A stretch of 64,000 nucleotides of DNA. Source: a virus. The stretch lies in the IMG/VR virus record IMGVR_UViG_3300032315_000748. The stretch is one strand, 5' to 3'. A program made the position numbers and the translations under genes. Shown piece by piece: positions 1 to 9,180 of this stretch. Every line of letters begins with the position of its first letter. Position 1 is the first letter of the stretch. The notes beneath the pieces are model-generated. The model did not search any database. It was not told the DNA's origin and saw nothing but the letters and a program-made list of their open reading frames with translations.

Positions 1-1518
1 AGAATACGTGGTATCAATTCTAAAATCAGAGGCGGAGAAGTACAACACACAGGTGTTATTCCCTTCCTTAAAAAGTTTGAATCAACTGTCAGAAGTTGCA
101 CTCAAAACGGCATCCGAGGTGGTTCAGCAACTGTTCACTTTCCAATTTGGCACCAAGAAATAGAAGATATTATTGTTCTGAAGAATAATAAGGGAACTGA
201 AGATAATCGTGTTCGCAAGTTAGACTATTCCATTCAAATCAGCAAAATCTTCTATGAACGATTTATCCGCAACGAAGAAATCACACTCTTCTCTCCCCAC
301 GATGTTCCTGGTCTTTATGATGCTTTTGGTACTGATGGATTTGATGACCTTTATGTGGGTTATGAACGAAATGGATCTATTCCAAGAAAAACTATCGGTG
401 CTCAAGAACTCTTTCTGGACCTTCTAAAAGAACGTGCAGAAACAGGTCGTATTTATATTATGAATATTGACCATTGCAATTCTCATAGTTCTTTCGTTGA
501 TAAGGTTTCAATGTCAAACCTCTGTCAGGAAATTACTCTTCCCACCAAACCTCTTCAACATATTGATGATCCAGATGGAGAGATTGCTCTCTGTATTCTT
601 TCTGCAATCAATGTCGGTAAAGTTAAGGATGATAGTGAATTTGAAGAACTTTGTGATTTGGCTGTTCGTGGGTTGGAAGAACTCATTGATTATCAGCAAT
701 ATCCAATAGTTGCTGCTGAAAAATCAACAAAAGCACGTAGATCTCTTGGTGTTGGATTTATTGGTCTGGCACATTATCTTGCTAAACTTGGTTTTGATTA
801 TGATTCTCAAGAAGCATGGGATGCAGTTCATGGTCTTTCTGAATCATTCCAATATTTCTTACTCAAATCTTCTAATCAGATTGCCAAAGAAAAAGGTGCT
901 TGTGAATATTTCAATCGCACAAAGTATTCCCAAGGAATTCTTCCAATTGATACATACAAAAAGGATGTTGATGAACTGTCAAATCCAACTCTTCAACACG
1001 ATTGGGAAACACTTAGAGAAGATATAAAACTGTATGGTCTTAGGCACTCCACACTATCCGCACAGATGCCCTCTGAGAGCAGTTCAGTCGTCTCTAATGC
1101 AACTAATGGAATTGAACCACCTAGAGGTTATTTGTCCGTCAAACAGTCTAAAAAAGGTCCTCTCAAGCAAATTGTTCCACAGTTTCAAAGTCTTAAAAAC
1201 AATTATACGCTTCTTTGGGATATGCCTAGCAATCGTGGTTATATTAATATTGTTGCAGTTATGCAAAAATTCTTTGATCAAGCGATTTCTGGAAACTGGT
1301 CATATAATCCGGAGAATTATCCCGATAATGAAGTTCCTGTTAGCGTAATGGCACAAGATATGCTTACCTGCTTTAAGTATGGACACAAAACTGCATATTA
1401 TCAGAATACTTATGATGGTAAGTCCGATGAAATCAAAGAAGAAAAATCCAACCTTGACAGTTTAGTGCAGGACATACTAAACTCAGTTGAAGATGACTGC
1501 GAGAGTTGTAAAATTTGA
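1..1518 (+). CDS. nrdA: Ribonucleotide reductase class Ia alpha subunit (5' truncated by window edge)
   Basis: Frame open from base 1 (RIRGINSKIRGGEVQHTGVIPFLKKFE...); SNLCQEI, CILSAIN, MPSESSS, NGIEP motifs; C-terminal CESCKI. Confidence 0.98.
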   Translation, partial: RIRGINSKIRGGEVQHTGVIPFLKKFESTVRSCTQNGIRGGSATVHFPIWHQEIEDIIVLKNNKGTEDNRVRKLDYSIQISKIFYERFIRNEEITLFSPHDVPGLYDAFGTDGFDDLYVGYERNGSIPRKTIGAQELFLDLLKERAETGRIYIMNIDHCNSHSSFVDKVSMSNLCQEITLPTKPLQHIDDPDGEIALCILSAINVGKVKDDSEFEELCDLAVRGLEELIDYQQYPIVAAEKSTKARRSLGVGFIGLAHYLAKLGFDYDSQEAWDAVHGLSESFQYFLLKSSNQIAKEKGACEYFNRTKYSQGILPIDTYKKDVDELSNPTLQHDWETLREDIKLYGLRHSTLSAQMPSESSSVVSNATNGIEPPRGYLSVKQSKKGPLKQIVPQFQSLKNNYTLLWDMPSNRGYINIVAVMQKFFDQAISGNWSYNPENYPDNEVPVSVMAQDMLTCFKYGHKTAYYQNTYDGKSDEIKEEKSNLDSLVQDILNSVEDDCESCKI

Positions 1519-1520
1519 TT

Positions 1521-2678
1521 ATGGAAGAAACTAAAACAATACAAGGTATGACTGTTCTTAATACTCAACAAGTAGATTCCAAAAAACAACCAATGTTTTT
1601 TGGAGCACCTCAAGGAATCCAAAGATATGATTCTTATAAGTATCCTGTCTTTGATAAACTCACACAGCAGCAACTTGGTTTCTTCTGGAGACCAGAAGAA
1701 ATCTCTCTTCAAAAAGATCGTTCTGACTATCTGACACTGCGACCTGAACAAAGGCATATGTATACTTCAAATTTGAAGTATCAGATTATGCTTGATAGTG
1801 TTCAGGGTCGTGCTCCTGGTATGGCATTTATTCCATATTGCTCTCTTCCTGAACTGGAAGCTTGTATGACAGTCTGGGGATTTATGGAGATGATTCACTC
1901 TAGATCTTATACTTACATTATTAAAAACATCTATTCAGATCCATCAGAAGTCTTTGATACTATTTTAAATAATGATAAGATTTTAGAAAGAGCATCTTCT
2001 GTTACCGGAACTTATGATGATTTCATCAATTCCGCACAACAATATGGATCTTCAAATCTATGGATTCACGCGCAAGAAGGTGCTGGTGGTGCAAGAGAGG
2101 AAAGATTAGAACTCAAAAGAAAACTTTATCGTGCGGTCGCAAATGTCAACATTCTCGAAGGTATCAGATTTTATGTCTCATTCGCTTGCTCGTTTGCGTT
2201 TGGTGAACTCAAACTTATGGAAGGATCCGCTAAAATTATCTCTCTCATCGCAAGAGACGAAAATCAGCACCTTGTCATTACTCAAAACATCCTCAATAAG
2301 TGGCGTGAAGGAGATGATCCTGAAATGCAACAAATTGCTGGAGAAGAAGAAGGGTGGGTAAGAAATGCGTTTAAGATTTGCGTAAATGAAGAAAAGAGAT
2401 GGGCAGAATATCTCTTCAAAGATGGTTCTATGATTGGTTTGAATGATAAACTACTTTGGAACTATGTTGAATGGATTGCGAATCGTCGTATGAAGGCAAT
2501 TGGTCTTAAACCAGAATATGATATTCCGGCAAAGAACAATCCACTTCCTTGGACAGACCACTGGTTAAACAGTAAATCAGTTCAAGTCGCACCCCAAGAA
2601 ACAGAAATTTCTAGTTATGTGGTAGGTGGTATTAAACAAGACATTAAAAACGATACATTCTCTGGATTTCAGTTGTGA
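1521..2678 (+). CDS. nrdB: Ribonucleotide reductase class Ia beta subunit
   Basis: FFWRPEE, EMIHSRSY, EGIRFYVSF, RDENQH di-iron motifs; follows nrdA. Confidence 0.98.
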   Translation: MEETKTIQGMTVLNTQQVDSKKQPMFFGAPQGIQRYDSYKYPVFDKLTQQQLGFFWRPEEISLQKDRSDYLTLRPEQRHMYTSNLKYQIMLDSVQGRAPGMAFIPYCSLPELEACMTVWGFMEMIHSRSYTYIIKNIYSDPSEVFDTILNNDKILERASSVTGTYDDFINSAQQYGSSNLWIHAQEGAGGAREERLELKRKLYRAVANVNILEGIRFYVSFACSFAFGELKLMEGSAKIISLIARDENQHLVITQNILNKWREGDDPEMQQIAGEEEGWVRNAFKICVNEEKRWAEYLFKDGSMIGLNDKLLWNYVEWIANRRMKAIGLKPEYDIPAKNNPLPWTDHWLNSKSVQVAPQETEISSYVVGGIKQDIKNDTFSGFQL

Positions 2679-2681
2679 CGC

Positions 2682-2707
2682 AAGAGGGGTTTTACCCCTC
2701 TTTTTTT
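2682..2707 (+). terminator. Rho-independent terminator after nrdB
   Basis: AAGAGGGG-loop-CCCCTCTT then T run. Confidence 0.85.
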
Positions 2708-2714
2708 ATAAATA
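2707..2714 (+). promoter_or_regulatory. T4-type late promoter TATAAATA
   Basis: Exact T4 late consensus just upstream of ORF 2738; TAAATA precedes many other genes in the window. Confidence 0.7.
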
Positions 2715-2737
2715 ACTAAAAAGTATTTCTTATTCAT

Positions 2738-4426
2738 ATGTCTGGAACTTATAAGTCTAAAGAAATTTACAGTGAAGGAGTATTGAGAGGGTCTCAAAGT
2801 CAAATTAAAAAATCTAGTGGAGCATCAGCATTAACACCAGATGCGGCAGCACAACTTGGACCCAAAGCAGTAGAATTACAAAGAAAAAAAGCAAAACAAG
2901 TAGATGTTCCTAATTTTGTGAAGACTGTAAGAAAAGAAGAAGTTGAACTTGGTGAAGCAAAAGTAGAAAGTGGGAAGTCTCAAGAAGAAAAAGAAATTAT
3001 TAGAAATAAAAGAGCTGGAATTGATAAAGACCCAATGGCTTTTCCGGGCAGAAAAATGCAAAATATCTATAGAATGGAATTACATATGGATACGAGAGGA
3101 GAAAAAAAAGAAAGAGGTAAAAAAGTAAATGAAAAGATTGATGTAGGTGCTGATGCTGGTACAACAATCAGTGATTTCGTTCATTCAAAGAGTGCTACAT
3201 TCAAAGGTGATAGTAAGAAGCAAAGAATTAAGAGAGCACTTGGTGCCTATTACGCAGCACAAAAAGAAGAAACAGAAAACATTTATAATTATGTAATTGA
3301 AACTTTGGTTGATAGTGAATTCGCAGAAGATTATGAGACTGCTGAAAATATGTTTGAACATATGAGTAGTGAATTTGTAGCAGTCATTCTTGAAGAGTAT
3401 ATTGAAGAAAAGGCAAGAGGAACCAGACCAAAAAGAACAGTTCACGCATATGATGTTGACGAGACTTTGGTTGGACACGGTAAGAAAGGAAAAACAAACG
3501 TGAAAGTTCACGTAAATGATGCATCCGGTAAAAGAGTTAAGAGTTTAAGCAATCAAGAATTCAATACTCATAAACTTGATAAGGGACATTCTTATGATTT
3601 TAGTGAATTCAGAAGTGCTAAAAAGTTTGGAGAAACTTCAAGCGCAAACAAAAAAGTAATTAAAGATGTAAAAAGAAAGCAGGCAAGAGGACAAAATGTT
3701 CATATCATCACTGCTCGTGCGAAGTTTGATAATCCATCAGAGTTTCAAGGACATTTGAAGAAGAAAGGTGTTGATGTTCCTTTGAATAAAATTCATTATA
3801 CTGGTGGAATGAAAGGTAGTGATATTGGAAAGAAAAAAGTAGATGTAGCAAAGGGGGTTGCAAAGCAGAGTGGTGCCAAGGAGATCCATATGTATGATGA
3901 TGCCGCAAAGGTTCATAAGGCATTTGAGGGGGAAAAGAAAAATCAACCAACTTCCACAAAAATTAAAACTCATTTGGCAAAACCAAATGCATCTGGCGAA
4001 ACACAACTTCGTTCTTATCAAGGAACAAAAGGCGGAAGAACTAGTGATAATCCATCATCAACTACTAAACAAACACAACGTAGAAGAAACAAAGCAAGAA
4101 AGAATATGGGAGAAGAAGTATTTTCTTATCTAAATATAGAAGAAGGAAAAGTCAAAGGAGAAATTATGTCACATTCCTACCAAGAAATCAAAGAAGATTT
4201 TGATCTTAGAGATAAACTCTTTATCAATTTCTCTGGGACTTCAAAAGCAAAAAATGAATTAAAAGAAGAAACTGAAATGACTCCATACGAACAATGGAAG
4301 TCTTTTGTTAAAGAAAATGAAGTTGAAGAAATTCAAGAGTCTGTTGAAATTGAAACAGAACTAAACGAAGAGTTAGTACCTATGAATTCCTATCAAGCTT
4401 GGAAATCATATCTAGAATCAATTTGA
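2738..4426 (+). CDS. Modular Glu/Lys-rich probable head-internal protein containing a HAD-like phosphatase domain
   Basis: DVDETL (DxDxT), IITAR and YDD HAD motifs; helical module shared with the next ORF; late promoter. Confidence 0.55.
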   Translation: MSGTYKSKEIYSEGVLRGSQSQIKKSSGASALTPDAAAQLGPKAVELQRKKAKQVDVPNFVKTVRKEEVELGEAKVESGKSQEEKEIIRNKRAGIDKDPMAFPGRKMQNIYRMELHMDTRGEKKERGKKVNEKIDVGADAGTTISDFVHSKSATFKGDSKKQRIKRALGAYYAAQKEETENIYNYVIETLVDSEFAEDYETAENMFEHMSSEFVAVILEEYIEEKARGTRPKRTVHAYDVDETLVGHGKKGKTNVKVHVNDASGKRVKSLSNQEFNTHKLDKGHSYDFSEFRSAKKFGETSSANKKVIKDVKRKQARGQNVHIITARAKFDNPSEFQGHLKKKGVDVPLNKIHYTGGMKGSDIGKKKVDVAKGVAKQSGAKEIHMYDDAAKVHKAFEGEKKNQPTSTKIKTHLAKPNASGETQLRSYQGTKGGRTSDNPSSTTKQTQRRRNKARKNMGEEVFSYLNIEEGKVKGEIMSHSYQEIKEDFDLRDKLFINFSGTSKAKNELKEETEMTPYEQWKSFVKENEVEEIQESVEIETELNEELVPMNSYQAWKSYLESI

Positions 4427-4433
4427 GATTGAT

Positions 4434-4470
4434 AAAGGTCTTTCTAGTCCTAGAAAGACCTTTTATTTTT
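4434..4470 (+). terminator. Rho-independent terminator
   Basis: AAAGGTCTTTCTAG / CTAGAAAGACCTTT inverted repeat then T run. Confidence 0.8.
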
Positions 4471-4521
4471 TATAATAAATAAATAACTAAATAATAATAA
4501 GAAAAAGTATTTTTCAGTCAT

Positions 4522-5925
4522 ATGGAAACTTGGAACACTGTCAAAACTCTTAAAGATATCGCAGGGGCATATCAATCAATCTACGAAGCAAAGAAGCAAG
4601 TAGATCAGGATGAAGATGGTGATAATGATTTTGCCGATAATATGATTGCGAGAATGGTTGCTTCTGGTATGTCTAGAGAAGAAGCAATTAAAAAAGTAAA
4701 GAATAAGGAATACAATAAAGAAGAGTATTCCTTGGACGAGGAAACCAAAGCAGAAAAAGAAGCAAGAATAGCAGCAAGACGAGCAAGAGTTAAGCAAATG
4801 GAAGATGAAGGTGCAGTAATGACATCTTCTCGTAGAGCAAGTGAAGTAGCAAAGCAAAGAAAAGAAGCCAAGAAAGCGGAGGCACTTGAAAGAGCAGGGT
4901 CATCTGTCCTCAATCAAATGCGTGGAGCATCTGGAAGGGTCTCCGAGAGGCCTATGGGATCAGAAGCACCCAAGGCAAAGGAGAAGGCACCAGAAGCAAC
5001 CAGAAGACTAAATCCGAACCTTAGAAAGGACAATCTTGGATCTGCTGCTGACCGAGTTCTCAAATCAATGAAAAAAGAAGAATTGGAACTTTGGGTAAAT
5101 GAACTCATTGAAGAAGGTTATGACCTAAGTGAATATACTTGGGATGAGATGGCAGAGATTTATCTCGATGAAGCAACAAGAATGGGAAAGGAACTTGGTA
5201 AGGAAGGTGAGATTGCGACCCGTAAGGAACTTGCGGCACGTTCTAATGCTCACCAACGTTCTGGTAGTATAGATAAGACCATTGCGGCGGCAGAGAGACG
5301 TGCAGACCGTCCTTACATCAAACCAGTGCGTGATGAAAGTAAATCTGATTATAATAAGAGACTGCAGAAAAGTTCGGACACTATGTCAAAACTTGCAGCA
5401 TCAAGAAGAGGTTCAGTAAGAGACAAACCCCGTGCTGGTCTAAGAGGTTATGGTGCTGACGTAAAAGGTAATGATAAAGAACTGCAAAATTCAAGACGTT
5501 CTGCTATGGCTGCAGGAACTCTAACTCCCAGAGAGAAAAAAATGCTCAACAGAGAAGCATACGAAACTTATGAGTTTGTAGCATCATATCTTTTAGAGAA
5601 TAACTTTGCTGAATCCGTTGAAGATGCAAATGCAATTATCAACAATATGAGTGAGAACTGGTTTGAGAGTATTATGGAAGAAAAGAAACCACTTCCTGTT
5701 GCTAAAATGAAAAGAAAGGAAGAAAAGTTAGACAAAGAACTTGAAAGTGAGATGCCCAAAGTATTAAGAACCGAAATTGATTCTCCCGAAAGAAAAGAAT
5801 TTTTAGGAAAAAATAGAAGATTTGGTGATATGCATGATGTGAGACGTAGTGTTTCTACCAGAGGGGGTAAGAGACCATTACCAATGCCCGAAGTTGGTAG
5901 ATATAAGCCAAAAGACGAAGATTGA
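4522..5925 (+). CDS. Modular Glu/Lys/Arg-rich probable head-internal protein
   Basis: Charged segments separated by EE motifs; YEFVASYLLENNFAESVEDANAIINNMSENWFESIMEE module resembles one in 2738-4426. Confidence 0.5.
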   Translation: METWNTVKTLKDIAGAYQSIYEAKKQVDQDEDGDNDFADNMIARMVASGMSREEAIKKVKNKEYNKEEYSLDEETKAEKEARIAARRARVKQMEDEGAVMTSSRRASEVAKQRKEAKKAEALERAGSSVLNQMRGASGRVSERPMGSEAPKAKEKAPEATRRLNPNLRKDNLGSAADRVLKSMKKEELELWVNELIEEGYDLSEYTWDEMAEIYLDEATRMGKELGKEGEIATRKELAARSNAHQRSGSIDKTIAAAERRADRPYIKPVRDESKSDYNKRLQKSSDTMSKLAASRRGSVRDKPRAGLRGYGADVKGNDKELQNSRRSAMAAGTLTPREKKMLNREAYETYEFVASYLLENNFAESVEDANAIINNMSENWFESIMEEKKPLPVAKMKRKEEKLDKELESEMPKVLRTEIDSPERKEFLGKNRRFGDMHDVRRSVSTRGGKRPLPMPEVGRYKPKDED

Positions 5926-5936
5926 TATTAATATAT

Positions 5937-5975
5937 TAAGCACCTCTTGACAGGTGCTTTTTTTATGACTATAAT
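5937..5975 (+). promoter_or_regulatory. Terminator hairpin with nested sigma70-like promoter
   Basis: AAGCACCT...AGGTGCTT + T run; TTGACA 5947 -17 nt- TATAAT 5970. Confidence 0.8.
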
Positions 5976-6036
5976 CACTCTGTTAGGGTTGAAGATAAGT
6001 TGTATCTATATAACTTGAAGAATATTAAGAACCCGA

Positions 6037-6459
6037 ATGAGTTATGATAATCCTTGGTTATATCAAGGAAAGATTTTTGAGACAGAAGATATTGGAGAGC
6101 ACTTTGGATTTATCTACTTAATAGAGTGTGAAGAGAACAGTAGAAAATATCTGGGAAGAAAATACTTCTGGTCTTTTAGGACACCAAAAGGAAAGAAAAG
6201 AAAAGTAAAACAAGAAAGTGATTGGAAGAAATATTATGGGTCTTGTCCAGAACTAAAAGACGATATTAAGATATTAGGTAAAGATAAGTTCAAAAGAAGT
6301 ATTCTGTCTCTTCATAAGACCTTAGGTAAGACAAACTATGAAGAGACAAGATTGTTGTTTTTGAATAATGTTTTGACGGAAGCATTAGAAGATGGGTGTC
6401 CAAGATATTACAACTCAAATATTCTTTCAAGATATTACCGAAAAGATTACTTTAATTGA
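6037..6459 (+). CDS. GIY-YIG-like nuclease-domain protein
   Basis: GFIYLI...KYLGRK and YYGS motifs resembling T4 Seg/GIY-YIG proteins. Confidence 0.65.
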   Translation: MSYDNPWLYQGKIFETEDIGEHFGFIYLIECEENSRKYLGRKYFWSFRTPKGKKRKVKQESDWKKYYGSCPELKDDIKILGKDKFKRSILSLHKTLGKTNYEETRLLFLNNVLTEALEDGCPRYYNSNILSRYYRKDYFN

Positions 6460-6497
6460 CAAATTAATAAATAAGTTATGTGTTAGTAAATATTTCC

Positions 6498-7169
6498 ATG
6501 ACCCTAGATCTTCATAACTTTTTTAAGTATTATGATGATAAGAATCCAAATCACGTAGCAGCAGTTCAATGGTTAGAGGATAATCTACCTGCTGAGTTTA
6601 TGGATGATTCTGAAACAGAGTGGATAGGAATGTTCAGAACAAAACCTCCAACTCCAGCAGTATTGGAGGTTCCTTATTTTAATCAAGTAGACAACTACAG
6701 AGATGCACATAGAACTTGTAATAGTTCATCGTGTGCTATGTGCCTTGCTTTCCTCAAGCCAGGAAGTATCAAAGGTGATGACGAATATGTTAAGAAAGTA
6801 TTTGCGATTGGTGATACGACCGATCATGCGGTTCAAACCAAGGTTCTTGCAGGTTACGGTGTTAAGTCACACTTTAGTTATAATTTGAGTTTTGCTGATA
6901 TTGATAAGAGTCTTGATAGAGGAAAACCAGTTGTTATTGGTATTCTGCACAGGGGTTCTCTTACTTCACCTACTGGTGGTCACATGTGTGTTGTAATCGG
7001 TAAAACACCAGATGGTAAAGGATACTTTGTGAATGATCCTTATGGATCTCTAAATGATAACTATACTGGACCCGTAACAAACGGTAAGAAGACCGTTTAC
7101 ACCAAAGCAGTTCTTAAGCACCGTTGGGCCCCTGGTGGCACAGACGGATGGGGACGTATTTTTGATTGA
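6498..7169 (+). CDS. C39-like cysteine peptidase (putative cell-wall peptidase) with N-terminal domain shared with the lysozyme
   Basis: VPYFNQ...TCNSSSCAM, GGHMCVVIG, VNDPYG = Q-C-H-D papain-like residues. Confidence 0.8.
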   Translation: MTLDLHNFFKYYDDKNPNHVAAVQWLEDNLPAEFMDDSETEWIGMFRTKPPTPAVLEVPYFNQVDNYRDAHRTCNSSSCAMCLAFLKPGSIKGDDEYVKKVFAIGDTTDHAVQTKVLAGYGVKSHFSYNLSFADIDKSLDRGKPVVIGILHRGSLTSPTGGHMCVVIGKTPDGKGYFVNDPYGSLNDNYTGPVTNGKKTVYTKAVLKHRWAPGGTDGWGRIFD

Positions 7170-7187
7170 TACATAAGGAGAAAACCA

Positions 7188-7859
7188 ATGGCAAGAATCG
7201 ATTTACACAACTTCTTCAAGTTTTATGACGAGAAGAATCCTAATCACATCAAAGCAGTTCAGTGGTTAGAAGATAACCTACCTGTCAAGTATCTTGAGGA
7301 TAACATTGATTGGGCGGAGATTTATAGAGGAAAAAAGTCTAGTGCTGCACAAGCATCTACACCAACTGCTAGTGCTCCTGTAACTGGTGGTGATGATATG
7401 CCTATGACTGGTCTAAAACTCATTAAAGAGTTTGAAGGATGTCATCTAAAAGCATATCCAGATCCTCTGTCAGGTGGACTTCCAATCACTATAGGTTGGG
7501 GGACCACTCGTAAGAAGGATGGATCACCATTCCATATGGGTGATACAATCACTCAACAGGAAGCAGATGAGTTATTGATTACTCAATGTAAGAACCAGTT
7601 TCTTCCATCACTTCGTAAAATTCCACACTGGAATGAAATGTCTGATGGTAAAAGAGGTGCATTACTTTCTTTTGCTTATAATCTTGGTGCTGGTTTTTAT
7701 GGCAGTGGTGATTTTAATACTATCACTAAAAGACTGAAGAATAAAGAATGGGACTTAGTTCCCGATGCGCTTTACCTATACAGAAATCCTGGATCTAATG
7801 TAGAAGCAGGACTTGCTCGTAGAAGAAAAGCAGAAGGTGAATCTTGGAAAAAAGGTTAA
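7188..7859 (+). CDS. GH24 lysozyme (endolysin)
   Basis: LIKEFEG...AYPD...TIGWG, ALLSFAYNLG, GLARRRKAE. Confidence 0.93.
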   Translation: MARIDLHNFFKFYDEKNPNHIKAVQWLEDNLPVKYLEDNIDWAEIYRGKKSSAAQASTPTASAPVTGGDDMPMTGLKLIKEFEGCHLKAYPDPLSGGLPITIGWGTTRKKDGSPFHMGDTITQQEADELLITQCKNQFLPSLRKIPHWNEMSDGKRGALLSFAYNLGAGFYGSGDFNTITKRLKNKEWDLVPDALYLYRNPGSNVEAGLARRRKAEGESWKKG

Positions 7860-7877
7860 CCTATTAAACTAACAAAA

Positions 7878-8240
7878 ATGAACAACAAAAAGGAAAATGG
7901 TATGGGGCAACTAATTCGTGTTGTGATTTTGAGTTGGTCTGCCGCACTACTTACCGCAAGTTATGCTGGTATGTTTGCTAAAATGGATCCCACATTCATT
8001 GCTACAGTATTTACTGCATCTGCTGCCACTTTTGGTATTAATACAATGAAGAAAGGTGGAGATGATGACGATGAAAAAAAGGAACAACCACGCAGAGAAG
8101 AATTTGTAGAAGCACCTCCTGAACCACCTGCTTCACTAAAACAACCTGTTTCAACAATTGCTGAAACAACAGTATCTCTTGAAGAAAGAGTTGAAGCATT
8201 AGAAGAAGGACAAGTTCAACCTCGTACAGGTGGAGTATAA
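7878..8240 (+). CDS. Membrane protein, holin candidate
   Basis: Two hydrophobic segments then charged tail; directly after endolysin. Confidence 0.45.
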   Translation: MNNKKENGMGQLIRVVILSWSAALLTASYAGMFAKMDPTFIATVFTASAATFGINTMKKGGDDDDEKKEQPRREEFVEAPPEPPASLKQPVSTIAETTVSLEERVEALEEGQVQPRTGGV

Positions 8241-8344
8241 TGGCAAAATCCGCAAACAAAGGTAAGAAAGGTTCCAATGGTTCTAAACAGAATCAGGGGA
8301 ATGCGACAGCAAAGAAGGCAAAGAACGGTGGCAAGAAAAAATGA
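8240..8344 (+). CDS. 34-aa Lys/Gly/Asn-rich basic peptide
   Basis: MAKSANKGKKGSNGSKQNQGNATAKKAKNGGKKK; GGAG RBS; coupled to neighbours by TAATG/ATGA overlaps. Confidence 0.6.
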   Translation: MAKSANKGKKGSNGSKQNQGNATAKKAKNGGKKK

Positions 8345-8646
8345 AAACTTATAATGAATTTATTATTGAAGCAAATCTAGCAAAAAAAGCAAAAGATTGG
8401 TGGAATAAGGGAAGAGATGAAAGAGTTCCTAATGAGAACAAAGCATCTTGGAAAGAATTGATGGATGATGATAAAAAACAACTCACCAGAAGTGATAAGG
8501 CACATAAGTCGGGAGCAACTGGTATTAAGGGTTGGAGACCTCATAAAGCATTCAGTCCAGAGATGGTCAAAACAGGACCTACACCAGCAGTTAGACAAGC
8601 ATTTGAAAGACCAGTACGAGCAGTTAAATCACTACTTAAAAGGTAA
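8341..8646 (+). CDS. Hypothetical basic protein, possible head-internal protein
   Basis: MKTYNEFIIEA N-terminus resembles the T4 internal-protein capsid-targeting sequence (MKTYQEFIAE). Confidence 0.55.
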   Translation: MKTYNEFIIEANLAKKAKDWWNKGRDERVPNENKASWKELMDDDKKQLTRSDKAHKSGATGIKGWRPHKAFSPEMVKTGPTPAVRQAFERPVRAVKSLLKR

Positions 8647-8652
8647 AATACT

Positions 8653-8856
8653 ATGGCACGAGAATGGAACACTCCAGTTCGTGAGTGTTGGAATAAACCC
8701 ATTCACCAAATATTAAAGGCAATAGATAATCATACCCGTCTTCATTTGGAGACGGGTAATTTTTGGCACGAAGAGCAGGCAAATATATTAAGACAATACT
8801 TAAGAGATTTAAAAGACTTTATACATAAAGAAGAAGGTGGACAATACGATGACTGA
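8653..8856 (+). CDS. Hypothetical protein
   Basis: ORF packed in operon. Confidence 0.6.
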   Translation: MAREWNTPVRECWNKPIHQILKAIDNHTRLHLETGNFWHEEQANILRQYLRDLKDFIHKEEGGQYDD

Positions 8857-8959
8857 GTTTCCTTGGGGAGTTTTTATTATTCTTGGTTCTGGTTTAATTT
8901 TTACCTGTTATTGCATTTACTATATACTAAGAATGGCATATTTAGAGGAAAGGGAATGA
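8849..8959 (+). CDS. Small single-TM protein
   Basis: MTEFPWGVFIILGSGLIFTCYCIYYILRMAYLEERE; ATGA overlap with next gene. Confidence 0.55.
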   Translation: MTEFPWGVFIILGSGLIFTCYCIYYILRMAYLEERE

Positions 8960-9180
8960 AAGAACTATCACTAATTCTATCAGCACTCAGTCTAACCGTA
9001 TCTTTAGGTTTAGCAGTTGGTGCTTATATCACATACAAGAAAGCAGAGACAATTATCAATCATCCAGAAGACTTTGTGAATTCTATTGTAGATAAAGTTG
9101 TGGAGGAACAAATCAGTAAAGCATTTGAAAAACTACCTATTCCCAAACTAAATACTGGGAAGTTTCAGTTACCATTCTGA
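8956..9180 (+). CDS. N-terminally anchored membrane protein
   Basis: MKELSLILSALSLTVSLGLAVGAYITY; true start is probably 8956, not 8863. Confidence 0.6.
   Translation: MKELSLILSALSLTVSLGLAVGAYITYKKAETIINHPEDFVNSIVDKVVEEQISKAFEKLPIPKLNTGKFQLPF

Noticed and set aside
1-2678. Intein or intron in nrdA/nrdB
   Set aside because: Visible portions are collinear with normal subunits
8863-8955. N-terminal extension of the ORF 8863-9180
   Set aside because: Better explained by a separate small TM gene 8849-8959 coupled to a start at 8956
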